Positions 52,770-64,000 of a DNA stretch of 64,000 bases are shown here, one piece after another (position 1 is the first letter of the stretch; each line of letters begins with the position of its first letter). Under the pieces are notes generated by a model. It searched no databases, was not told the origin of the DNA, and saw nothing but the letters and a program-made list of their open reading frames with translations. The stretch comes from Eledone cirrhosa. Taxonomy: Eukaryota. The position numbers and the translations under genes were made by a program. The stretch spans positions 16,740,001-16,804,000 of the forward strand of contig OZ024765.1 in NCBI GenBank assembly GCA_964016885.1, in the 5' to 3' direction.

Positions 52770-53220
52770 AAGCTGCCCAAGTGTTTCTATCATTGGACCT
52801 TTGCTGAATTGTGGTAACTTTTGCATTCAGTTCTTTTGTGACCAATCTTTAGAATGTGGTCTTCGGTCTTTGTCTCTTGTGGCGACCTCCTGGTAGTTGA
52901 TGTAACAGAAGACACTCAACATGGAAGTTATAATTGGATGCCAGATTTGAACCAATCTATGACAACCACCAGGCATAGAGATGTGACTGCTCTGTGAATG
53001 TGAAAATTTCTGCATTTGTTTATGCAATAATTTGTGTGAAAGGTGTTCACTGCTTGTTTTCTTTTTGTATATGCACGATCGATGTCTCACAGCCATAGTG
53101 TATTATACATCTGTAATTTAAGATAAATACTGATGCTTGCTTTCCAGATCTGTCAAAGATCGTTCATTGCATTATAGGCTAATGCTCTCCTATGAAGTAC
53201 GTCTTCCTCACCAGTGTAAT
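52770..53220 (-). mobile_element. Ancient RTE LINE C-terminal remnant
   Basis: Minus-strand fragments DVLHRRALAYNAMNDL*QIWK, LKLQMYN, LYGCET, PGGRHKRQRPKTTF and NDRNTW. Confidence 0.65.
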
Positions 53221-53239
53221 TACAGCTGAGGACCTTTAA

Positions 53240-53460
53240 CCCTATAGTATTTAAACTGGCCATAACCGGCCAGAATTCTCTCACCTCTTTCTGTTCAAAC
53301 TGGTCATAACTGACTGCTCATACTGATGTTTGAGGTATTGTTCTCAAAATAAATAAATATCAAAATCTCAGATTTGATATTATGTGAGATAGTTATGCAA
53401 GATGAAGCCATTACCACAAAAATAAAGTAGTATATAGAGAGTAATGTAAATGCTAAAGGG
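53240..53460. mobile_element. piggyBac-type MITE (opposite orientation to 51162)
   Basis: TTAA|ccctatagtattt...aaatgctaaaggg|TTAA. A degenerate copy is at about 58415-58610. Confidence 0.85.
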
Positions 53461-53811
53461 TTAAACCTGAGTAAATAAAGCTGATGGTTCTTCATTTAAA
53501 AATACCATTATTGTTATCAATGTTTAAATACATGTATTCATTTTTTGTGACATTTAGTTCTAGGCCAACAGCACACACTGTAAATATGGTTGGCATTAGG
53601 AAGGGAAACCAGGCCAACAGTGTGGGCTTCATATATTATGTGATTTAAATGCTCTTGTGCTTTTTGTATTGAAGACACAATTAAAACAGGGTGTACAGGG
53701 TGCATTTTTCATGTCACTGATGATGCCCAAGGGAAAGGCAATAGCCAATACAGCTTCGCACAGGGACATCACAACATATATATAATATATACACTATATA
53801 TATAATATATA

Positions 53812-54197
53812 TAATTGTTTCTACTTTTGGCACAAGGCCAGCAAATTACCCAGTGTATTACTGGTACTTTATTTTATTGACCACGTAAGGATGAAAGGCA
53901 AAGTTAACCTCGGCGGGATTTGAACTCAGAATGGCAAGGGGCATAACTCTATGCGTCAAAGTATGGCGTCCGACCCTCTACCAATACTGCCAATCCAATG
54001 CCCCTTATACAATATATATAATTGTTTCTACTTTAGGCACAAGGCCAGCAATTACCCAGTACATTACTGGTACTTTATTTTATCGACCCCGTAAGGATGA
54101 AAGGCAAAGTTAACCTCGGCGGGATTTGAACTCAGACTGTAAAGGGACGTAACTATGCTAGAAAACATGGCGTCCAACCCTCTACCGATACTGCCAA
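53812..54197 (-). mobile_element. Two SINE family A copies
   Basis: Family motifs at 53812-53997 and 54019-54197. Confidence 0.88.
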
Positions 54198-54219
54198 ATG
54201 TTGTCGAATGAAATTCAAA

Positions 54220-54390
54220 GGCCGATACAGCTTGGCACCAGTGACGTCTCAACTCATTTCTACAGCTGAGTGAACTGGAGCAATGTGAAATAAAGTGTCT
54301 TGCTCAAGGACACAGCACATCACTAGGTCCAAGAATCAAACTTGCATCCTCTCAATTGTAAGTCCAATGCTCTAACCTCTAAGCCAAGTG
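54220..54390 (-). mobile_element. SINE family B 5' half
   Basis: ctcatttctacagctgagtgaactggagcaatgtgaaataaagtgtcttgctcaagga...ctctaacctctaagcca. Confidence 0.8.
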
Positions 54391-54517
54391 TATTCACCAT
54401 AAAATATATTCATATTTATTTTGTAGATAGTCACATGCATAGTTAGAGATCGCATGTACTATGTACTGTTGGAATGTATGGTTTTTGTAAACTACAGAGC
54501 ATGTAACTACCAACATC

Positions 54518-54554
<37 letters not shown>

Positions 54555-54681
54555 ATCTATATACATATATCTGCATGTGTGCATGGGAGGTTATGTGTGT
54601 GTGTGTGTGCATATATATATATAGTTCAAGAATAATCAAGACAAAAAAAATCCCAAAACAAACTTGCATTGTATGTATGTA

Positions 54682-54724
<43 letters not shown>

Positions 54725-54859
54725 TACTCATACATACACACACGCATAAATGTATGTACGCATGTATATATATATATATATATATACATACATATGATAC
54801 ATGGGAGGCTATGTGTATGTGTGTGTGAGTGAGTGTGAGTGAGTGTGAGTGTGTGTGAG

Positions 54860-54932
<73 letters not shown>

Positions 54933-55189
54933 AGAATAATCAAGACAAAAAAAATACAAAAACAAACTTGTATTATATTGTGTGTGTATATATATATATA
55001 TACTCTTACATACACACACACACATATATAAATGTATGTACGCATGCATATATATATATATATATATATACACTATAACACACACACGCACACATATGCA
55101 TGCACATATATATACATAACATATATACATAACATATATACATAACATATATGTTCGCAACTTTTGGCTTATAATAGATATGAGTACTA

Positions 55190-55870
55190 ACACCACCACC
55201 AATGACAACAACAACAACACCAGCAACACTAACATCAACACCGCCAACACCACCACCACAACCAGCATCACCTCCACTGCCACCACCAACAACAACAACA
55301 ACAACATGAACAAGAATTTCACACCCCACTAACACCACCACATTCACCACCACCACCACCATCACACCCCCAACAACAACAACAACATCATCATCAACGT
55401 CAACAGCATCACCACTAACACCAACAAACACTAATACCACCACCATCACCGCCACCAACAACAACAACACCAAAAACAATATCAACAGCACCATCACCGC
55501 CACCAACACCAACACCATCACCGCCACCACCATCAACAACATCACCACACCACCAACACCATCTCCACCACCACCACCACCAACAACAACAACATCACCA
55601 CCATCGCCACCAACACCACCACCACCACCATCAACACTGCCACCACCATCAACAGCACTTCCACCAGCAACACCACCACCGCCGCCACCACCACCACCAT
55701 CACCGCCAACACCATCGCCACCAATACCACCACCAACAACAACATCACCACCATCAACATCACTGCCACCAGCAACACCACCAACATCACCATCACCGCC
55801 ACCACCAACACCACCACCACCACCACCAACACCATCGCCACCACCATCGCCACCAACTTCACACCACACC
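55190..55870. repeat. (CAC/CAA)n low-complexity tract
   Basis: Direct inspection. Confidence 0.9.
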
Positions 55871-56041
55871 GTAGCATGAGAAAATGGACGTGTAGGCGCC
55901 ATATTTGAACGGCTAAAATTGACACCATTTTTAGGGGTTTTCTTGTCTTCTTTGCCATATTTGGTTTTAGCTAAAGAACCTTTTTTATTATATTATTTCA
56001 TTTACCTCATTTACCTTATATATACACACACATGCAGATAA

Positions 56042-56090
<49 letters not shown>

Positions 56091-57224
56091 TATACACACA
56101 CACATAGATAAACACACACACACATGCAGATAAACACACACATACACATATATACACACACACATATACACACACAGATAAACATGCACACATACAGATA
56201 AACATACACGTGTACACACATACATACAGATAAACATACAGACATACAGATAAAAATATACGTGCACACACACATACATACAGATAAACACACGTGCACA
56301 CACGCACACACACAGATAAACACATGCACACACACACACTATATGTATATATAGAGACTATATATATATATATATACATATATATATAAATATATATTTA
56401 TATTCAGAGAGAGATGCATATGTATATATACATCATATACTCTTTCTCTCTCTATATATATAGACATTATTTATACATAGATAGGATATATACAAACATA
56501 TGAACATGTGTGTTTATACATATGTAAACGTATGTGTGGGTGTGTGTATATATAAATACACACACAAACATATATATATATATACATATATATGTCAATG
56601 TATGTGTGGGTGTGTGTATATATAAATACACACAGACATATATATATATACATATATATACATATATATATACACATACATATATACACATATATATATA
56701 TATACACAATGATGATGACATATATATATACATATATACACATACATATATATACACACGATGATGACATATATATATACACATACATATATATATACAC
56801 ATACATACATGTATATATATATACACACATATATATATACACATACATACATACATACATACATACATACATACACATACATATACATACAAATACATAC
56901 ATACATACATATATATATATATACATACATACATATACATACATATATATACACATACATACTTATACATACATACATATATATATATACTCGTTGGTAG
57001 TTGGTATATATTTGTATGTAATTTGATTTCGTCTGTAAATAACATTATATGTTGTTCACAGTGTCTGAGAGTGTGGGGCTGGTGTGTGTTTGAGGTGTCA
57101 TCTAATCAAGTTATATTGAGAGAATTCTGCTTAGTAAACTTTTAATTACGGAATTCATTGTGCTGAAAATGGATGCTAATGTTAGAAAATGTTGGATAAC
57201 GAGATGGGCTTGAATGCTAGCAAT

Positions 57225-58055
57225 TTGGTATGTGGTCTGTGGAAATTTGGTGTGTGGGGACCTGGAATTTAAAGATTGGTGGGTGTAAATGTAGTATGTA
57301 GTCTGTGGAAATTTGTTGTGTAGTCTGTGCAAATTTGGTGTGTAGTCTCTGGAAATTTGGTGTGTAGTCTGTGGAAATTAGGTGTGTAGTCTGTGGAAAT
57401 TAGGTGTGTAGTCTGTGGAAATTTGGTGTGTGGCCTGTGAAAATTTGGTGTGTGGCCTCTGGAAATTTGGTGTGTAGTCTGTGGAAATTTGGTGTGTAGT
57501 CTATGGAAATTCAGTGTGTAGTCTATGGAAATTTGGTGTGTAGTCTGTGGAAATTTGGTGTGTAGTCTGTGGAAATTTGGTGTGAAATCTGTGGAAATTT
57601 GGTGTGCGTGGTCTGTGGAAATTTGGTGTGTATAGTCTGTGGAAATTTGCTGTGTGGAGTCTGTGGAAATGTGGTATGTGGCCTGTGGAAATTTGGTGTG
57701 TAGTCTGTGGAAATTTGGTATGTGGCCTGTTGAAATTTGGTGTGTAGTCTGGAAATTTGGTGGGTGGGTGGGGCCTGATGGGTGGAAATTTGGTTTGTGG
57801 CCTGTGGAAATTTACTATGTAGTCTGTGCCAATTTGGTGTGTAGTCTGTGCCAATTTGGTGTGTAGTCTGTGCCAATTTGGTGTGTAGTCTGTGCCAATT
57901 TGGTGTGTAGTCTGTGGGAATTTAGAGATTGGAGAGTGGAAATTGTGTGTGTGGTCTGTGGCAATAGGGTGTGTGGTCTCTGGCAATTTGGTGTGTGGAG
58001 TGTGGAAATTTGGTGTGTGGAGGGTGGACATTTGGTGTGTGGAGGGTGGAAATTT
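57225..58055 (+). repeat. 20-bp minisatellite (gtgtagtctgtggaaatttg)
   Basis: About 40 degenerate units running into a family A SINE (58056-58237, minus strand). Confidence 0.93.
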
Positions 58056-58249
58056 GGGGGGAGGGGAAAGTCGATTAAATCAACCCCACTGCATGACTGG
58101 TACTTTAATGTATCGACTTTGTAAGGATGAAAGGCAAAGTTAACCTCGGCAGGATTTGAACTCAGATCATAAATAGCCTTAACTATGCTGCAAACCATGG
58201 TGTCTGACCCTCTACTGATACTGCCTATCCACTGCCCTGATATATAGCA

Positions 58250-58404
58250 ATAATACAAAGAGGGCTCGATAAAGATTGTATATATATTAAAGTTTATATA
58301 AACCCATAGTGCAAATATTTATTGTTAGTACAGATTAAAGTTTAAGCAAAGAATTTCTGCTTTCACCCTATATGTGTAGGGTAAAAGTAGAATTTCTTTG
58401 CTTA
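58250..58404 (-). mobile_element. Third copy of the 37612 family, ending in a foldback palindrome (58343-58404)
   Basis: caaagagggctcgataa...cagattaaagtttaagcaaagaatttctgctttcacccta|tatgtg|tagggtaaaagtagaatttctttgctta. Confidence 0.8.
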
Positions 58405-58649
58405 GCCCTCCTTTATCCTTTAAATCAGCCATATCCTGCCAGAATTCTCTCAACTCTTTCTGTTCTAACCGGCTGTAACTGGCCACTCATACTGATGTTA
58501 AGGTATTGTTCTCAAAATAAATATCAAAATCTCCTAATTAGGTGAGGTAAAGCCTTTACCAAGAAAATATAAATAGTATATATAGCGTAATGTAAATGCT
58601 AAAATGTTAAACTTTAATCTATACTACTAATAAATAGATAGACAGATAT

Positions 58650-59394
58650 GTAAGGATGACAGCTGCATAAAAATGTGCAGAGCACTAAAAGCCAATGGAA
58701 GTCTTGGAGTGGGGAGACCCAAGAAGTCCTGGGATGAGGTGATAAAAGCTGACCTTGCACAATTGCATCTTTCAAAGGCGATGGCGCAGGACCGAGACCT
58801 TTGGTGTTACGCAGTAATACAGAAGAGCCGACTTCCCATGGGTACAAACTGAAGCATATAGACAGTATGCCTCCAACACCCCTCCCACTGTAAAGTGGTC
58901 ATGTAGGTATCATGACAAAAAAGCATCCAGTCCAGACTGTAAAGTAGTTGTGTGGGTGTCACAACAAAAAAGCACCCAGTACACACTGTAAAGTAGTTGT
59001 GTGGGTGTCACAACAAAAAATCACCCAGTACACACTGTAAAGTAGTTGTGTGGGTGTCACAACAAAAAAGCACCCAATCCACATTGTAAATAGTTGTGTA
59101 GGTGTCACAACAAAAAAGCCCCCAGTCCACACTGTAAGGTAGTTGTGTAGGTATCATGACAAAAAAGCCCCCAGTACACACTGTAAAGTAGTTGTGTAGG
59201 TATCACGACAAAAAAGCACCCATTACTCACTGTAAATGAGGTTGGTGTGAGGAAGGGCATCCAGCTGTAGAAATCAAGCCAAAATCAGTGCTGTATGAGC
59301 AAGACATGGCAACCTGACCCGTCATTGCCCACAACACGACAATCTGTCTAACCCATGCTAGCATTGAAGAATGGATGTAAAACGGTGATGATGA

Positions 59395-59398
<4 letters not shown>
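58650..59398 (+). mobile_element. RTE 3' fragment with an expanded 48-bp 3'UTR repeat and (GAT)n tail
   Basis: [33 protein letters not shown], then about 7 units of cacactgtaaagtagttgtgtgggtgtcacaacaaaaaagcacccag. Confidence 0.85.
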
Positions 59399-59445
<47 letters not shown>

Positions 59446-59447
<2 letters not shown>

Positions 59448-59842
59448 GGTAAAAGTATAACCCCAACGGCAGAGCTCAAGCCGTTTCGACAGCTATTTCT
59501 GGACTAAATTAGAATTTTTAGCCTGGTAAATAAATAGCCGAACTTGTCAAGGGGTACTTCCTTATATGGGAAGATTGTAGTTGTCAAGAGGATTGGTCAA
59601 AATTTGTTGCAAACACAAATAAGTCTATCGTGGCATATGGTCAGAGGTAGGGGTGGCTGAACTTGCCTGTAGAACAATGAGGGAGTGAGTGGAGCCTGTC
59701 AAGCGTTGAAAGTGAAATCTATACAATCTTGCGCTCTGCCGTCGGGTCATACTTTTCCTATTACCCCACTCTACTACCCTAAGTATTGAGTACTCTGGTG
59801 CGTTATGGTCCATCTGGTTCCTTACCACAATTCCTTCATTAT
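59446..59842. mobile_element. 'Palindrome + tail' family element with inverted halves
   Basis: Left arm taggtaaaagtataaccccaacggcagagctcaag pairs with cttgcgctctgccgtcgggtcatacttttccta, followed by the family tail. Confidence 0.8.
59455..59557 (-). ncRNA. Type I hammerhead with U3-A8 core variant
   Basis: gtacccc TTGACAA g-tt-cggctattt...aaatagctg-t-c GAAA cggc[ttgagctct]gccg TT ggggttatac. Confidence 0.62.
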
Positions 59843-61081
59843 ATATATATATATATAATATATATATGCATTTATATATATATATATTTATAGTCAAGGA
59901 ACCCCAATTCATAGCAGCAGCCTTATGGGATTATGTTCCAATAAGAAGTTCAATGACATCAGCATAACAACAACAACAAGCTACAATGATCAACAACTCA
60001 CCACCACCACCAGCAGCAACATTGACAGTAGTAATAAGGGAAACAACACCAACAACACCAACAACATCCACAACTACCTCCCACCAATTACAAAAGGCAC
60101 TGGTGTGAAGATGTTGGTTTTTATTGCTAATTCATCAGTCACGGGTGACTGAGTTTGTAACTATCTAAGTGTCAAAGGTGTAATTTCATTTGAATTTGAT
60201 GATAATTACCATGGCAACAGAGGTAATAGAACTTGGGGGGGGGGGGGGGGGATCTTGTATTATCTCAAAGAAGATGATTTTCTTGTCCTCCTCAAATACT
60301 CTTTCTTTTCTTCAACAGATAGTGTTTGTTGTTGTAGTTGTGCTTGTGTTTGTTGTTGTAGTTCTTGTGTTTGTTGTGCTTGTACTTGTGCTTGTTGTGC
60401 TTGTACTTGTGCTTGTTGTGCTTGTATTTGTTGTGCTTGTGTTTGTTGTTGTGCTTGTGTTTGTTGTTGTTGTGCTTGTGTTTGTTGTTGTGCTTGTGTT
60501 TGTTGTTGTAGTTGTGCCTCTTGTTGCTGTTGTGCTTGTGTTTGTTGTTGTGCTTGTGTTTGTTGTTGCTGTTGTGCTTGTTGTTGCTGTTATGCTTGTT
60601 CCTGCTGGTGGTGTTATTGTTGTTGCGCTTGTTGCTTTTATTGTTGTTGTGCTTCTTGTAGTTGCTGTTGTTCCTTAAATTAGGGTGTTCCTTAAATAAG
60701 GCTGTGTGTGTGTGCGTCTTTGTGTTATAGGTGGGTGTGTTTATGTATGTATTTGTTATCTGCATATGTGTGTGTGTGTGTGTTATATATGTGTTCATAG
60801 TGTGTGTGTTGTATTTGAGCGTTGTGTATTGTGGTGTGTTGTGTATTTTACATATGTGCATGTTGTGTTCTCCATGTGTATTGTACATTGTGTGTGTTGT
60901 GTTCTCTGTTTGTTGTGTATTCTCGTTAGTGTATGTATGTGTGTGTACACGTGTGTTGTGTATTTTAAATACATGTATGCTCTGTTCTCTGTGTGCTGCA
61001 TGTTATGATATATGTACATGTGAAGTTGTGTGTTTTAGCCATGCGTTGTGTATTGTGGTTTGTGTAAGCATGTGTTTTGTT

Positions 61082-61237
61082 ATTGGCAGTATCGGTAGAG
61101 GGTCGGACGCCATGCCTTGCAGCACACTTATGTCCCGCCGAGGTTAACTTTGCCTTTCATCCTTACGGGGTCGATAAAATAAAGTACCAGTAATACACTG
61201 GGATAATTGCTGGCCTTGTGCCAACAGTAGAAACAAT

Positions 61238-61240
<3 letters not shown>
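61082..61240 (+). mobile_element. SINE family A with internal deletion
   Basis: Family head and tail motifs. Confidence 0.85.
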
Positions 61241-61304
<64 letters not shown>

Positions 61305-61310
61305 AGAGAG

Positions 61311-61408
<98 letters not shown>

Positions 61409-61574
61409 AAAGGAGAGAGTGAGACGGCAAAGGAGAGAGTGAGACGGCAAAGGAGATAGAAGTAGTGGGGGTAGTAAGAGGGTGGAAGAGAAGTTGAGGC
61501 ATAATTACCTACCTATGACATATTACATCAATTTTCTAGTGATATATATATATACATATATATATCATCATATC

Positions 61575-61784
61575 ATCATCGTTTAAACGTCTATCTTCCA
61601 CGCTAGCATGGGTTAGACAGGAATTTTCCGATTTTGAGGCAAGATTGGTCAGGTGACCATGTCTCGCTCGTATAGGACTGTCTGGCAGGTTTTCTACCGG
61701 CGGGATGCCCTTCCTAGCACCAACTACATTTACAGTGTGGACTGGGAGCTTTTTACCGTGTTACCTACATGACCACATTACAGC

Positions 61785-61785
<1 letters not shown>
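61575..61785 (-). mobile_element. SINE/RTE 3' module
   Basis: Matches 42627-42822. Confidence 0.8.
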
Positions 61786-61823
<38 letters not shown>

Positions 61824-61927
61824 TTGTAGCATTACAAATACAAACGAATCAGTGAAACTGCAGTCAGGACTTTGCACAAAAAATTAGGTATATTTTGTCT
61901 ATTTTCTCCTCACATTTATAATTATAT

Positions 61928-62326
61928 ATCATCATCACCGTTTTAACGTCCATTCTTCCATGCTAGCATGGGTTAAACGGGCTATCCTGTTGTAGGCAAT
62001 GTCCGGTCGGCTGACCTTATCTTGCTCATACTGCAACTGATTCTGGCTTGCTTTCTACTGCTGAATGCCCTTCCTAACACCAACCTCATTTACAGCGAGT
62101 GCTGGGTGCTTTTTTGCCGTGGCACCTCCACCACCACCTTGCAGTGGGAGGGTGTGGGGGCAATATTGTCTATATGCCTCAGCTTGTACCAATGGGAGGT
62201 CGGGAACTCTGTATTATGGCGTGACGCCAGAGGTCACGGTCGTGTCATCGCCTTTAAGAGGTGTAATTGGGTAAGGTTTGCTTTTATCACCTCATCCAGG
62301 TCTTCTTGGGTCTCCCCACTCCGCGG
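61928..62326 (-). mobile_element. Short RTE 3' fragment, same extent as 11939-12318
   Basis: Minus strand begins tata|ccgcggagtggggagaccc and ends ggacgttaaaacggtgatgatgat. Confidence 0.85.
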
Positions 62327-62371
62327 TATATATATATATATGCATATATATATATATATACACATATGCAT

Positions 62372-62612
62372 ATTTCACATTGCTCCAGTTTACTCAGCTG
62401 TAGAAATGAGTTGTGACGTCGCTGGTGCCAAGCTGTATCAGCCATTGCCTTTCCCTTGGACCTCATCAGTGGCGTGGAGAGCGGAGACTGGTATGTAGGG
62501 GTGACTATTGGTCTTTCCACAAACAACCTTGCCTGGACTTGTGCCTAAGAGGAAAACTTTCTAGGTGCAAATCCCATGGTCATTCTTGACCGAAGGGGGG
62601 TCTTTACCCTTT
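62372..62612 (+). mobile_element. SINE family B body with an alternative 3' part
   Basis: atttcacattgctccagtttactcagctgtagaaatgagttgtgacgtcgctggtgccaagctgtatc matches the reverse complement of 54220-54290. Confidence 0.7.
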
Positions 62613-62616
62613 TTAT

Positions 62617-62647
<31 letters not shown>

Positions 62648-62753
62648 CATACACATATATATATACACATATACACATATATATACATATATACACATAT
62701 ATATATATACATATATACACATACAGATATCACATATATCCACACATATACAA

Positions 62754-62802
<49 letters not shown>

Positions 62803-62903
62803 AATACATATATAATATACTCATATATATATATGTGTATATATATGTATATGTGTATATATATATATGTGTGTATATGTATCTATATGTGTATATATAT
62901 GTG

Positions 62904-62935
<32 letters not shown>

Positions 62936-63533
62936 CATATACACGCATATATATATATATACACACATATACACGCATATATACATATACACATATATAT
63001 ATACACACATATATATATATACACATATATATACGCACATATATATATATACACACATATATAGACACACACACACACACACATATATATATAAATGAAA
63101 GGTATAGAAATTATTGTAGCAAAAAGCCAACAGTATTCCATAATATATATATATACTGTTTATAGTTAAAACAAGGCCATAAGGAAAAATAATCATTTAC
63201 ACCCCATTGCCCTTATTAGTCACTCAATGAGACCATATTAAAGTACATAACTATACGGAGAGAGAATAACAAGGGTTATTTGTAATGAGGGCAATTGCAT
63301 ATATTCCGGGACCATGGTTTCCATGATATAGACTGATCAGATAAGTGCATTTGTGGCTTGCGTTCACAGTGGCTGCACAGTGCAAATATGCAGACCATTA
63401 ACTAGATCACTTTGTCAACAGGAGCTCTCCAGGTGGTAACAGTGAGTGAAAGTAGGCAAATGGCTACATATTATCATGCATAGTAACTGCTGTATTCTAG
63501 CAAATAAAGCAGACCGCCACACGTGATATCACA

Positions 63534-63579
<46 letters not shown>

Positions 63580-63737
63580 AATATAAATTAGCGAGAATCG
63601 TATTTCGGCTATTGGAAATTAGCGAAGAACAACTTCCGAGATGTGTTGCAAGTGCTCAATAAATTCTAACGAACTAGAATATAGATAGATAGATATATAT
63701 AAACATATATATATATATATACATAGATACACATATA

Positions 63738-63777
<40 letters not shown>

Positions 63778-63828
63778 CACATATATATATATATATATAC
63801 ACATATATATATATATACATAGAGACAC

Positions 63829-63859
<31 letters not shown>

Positions 63860-63894
63860 TATATATATTATATACATATATATATATACACACA

Positions 63895-63984
<90 letters not shown>

Positions 63985-64000
63985 CACACTATATATATAT

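Noticed and set aside
60190-60888. Cys-rich, Val-rich or KHNN-repeat ORFs
   Set aside because: They are translations of a (ttgtgc/ttgttg)n simple repeat.

Overview
Repeat-saturated, AT-rich eukaryotic (metazoan) intergenic or intronic DNA. The huge (TA)n/(CA)n/(GGT)n tracts and the SINE/RTE repertoire suggest an octopod cephalopod, which is inference only. I could not support any host protein-coding gene, and nearly all ORFs in the track are microsatellite artefacts. Recognisable elements: two 5'-truncated RTE LINEs, one with an uninterrupted RT plus PHD-finger ORF; several older RTE/Rex3 remnants; a full-length but dead DD37D (maT) transposon; a Penelope-like (GIY-YIG) fragment; a non-autonomous Helitron; hAT, piggyBac and pogo-type MITEs; two tRNA-derived SINE families; and several minisatellites made from TE sequence. 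The most interesting signal is a set of short islands between (TA)n tracts that fold into type I hammerhead ribozymes. Three have a canonical core (17575, 37442, 46097). Four are core variants, U4A or U3-A8 (27458, 37630, 38482, 59455). Several long DNA palindromes carry only the 3' half of such a hammerhead and fold back on stem II. Together these point to a population of microsatellite-associated, hammerhead-bearing, probably Penelope-mobilised mini-retroelements. All folds were read by eye and none was computed.
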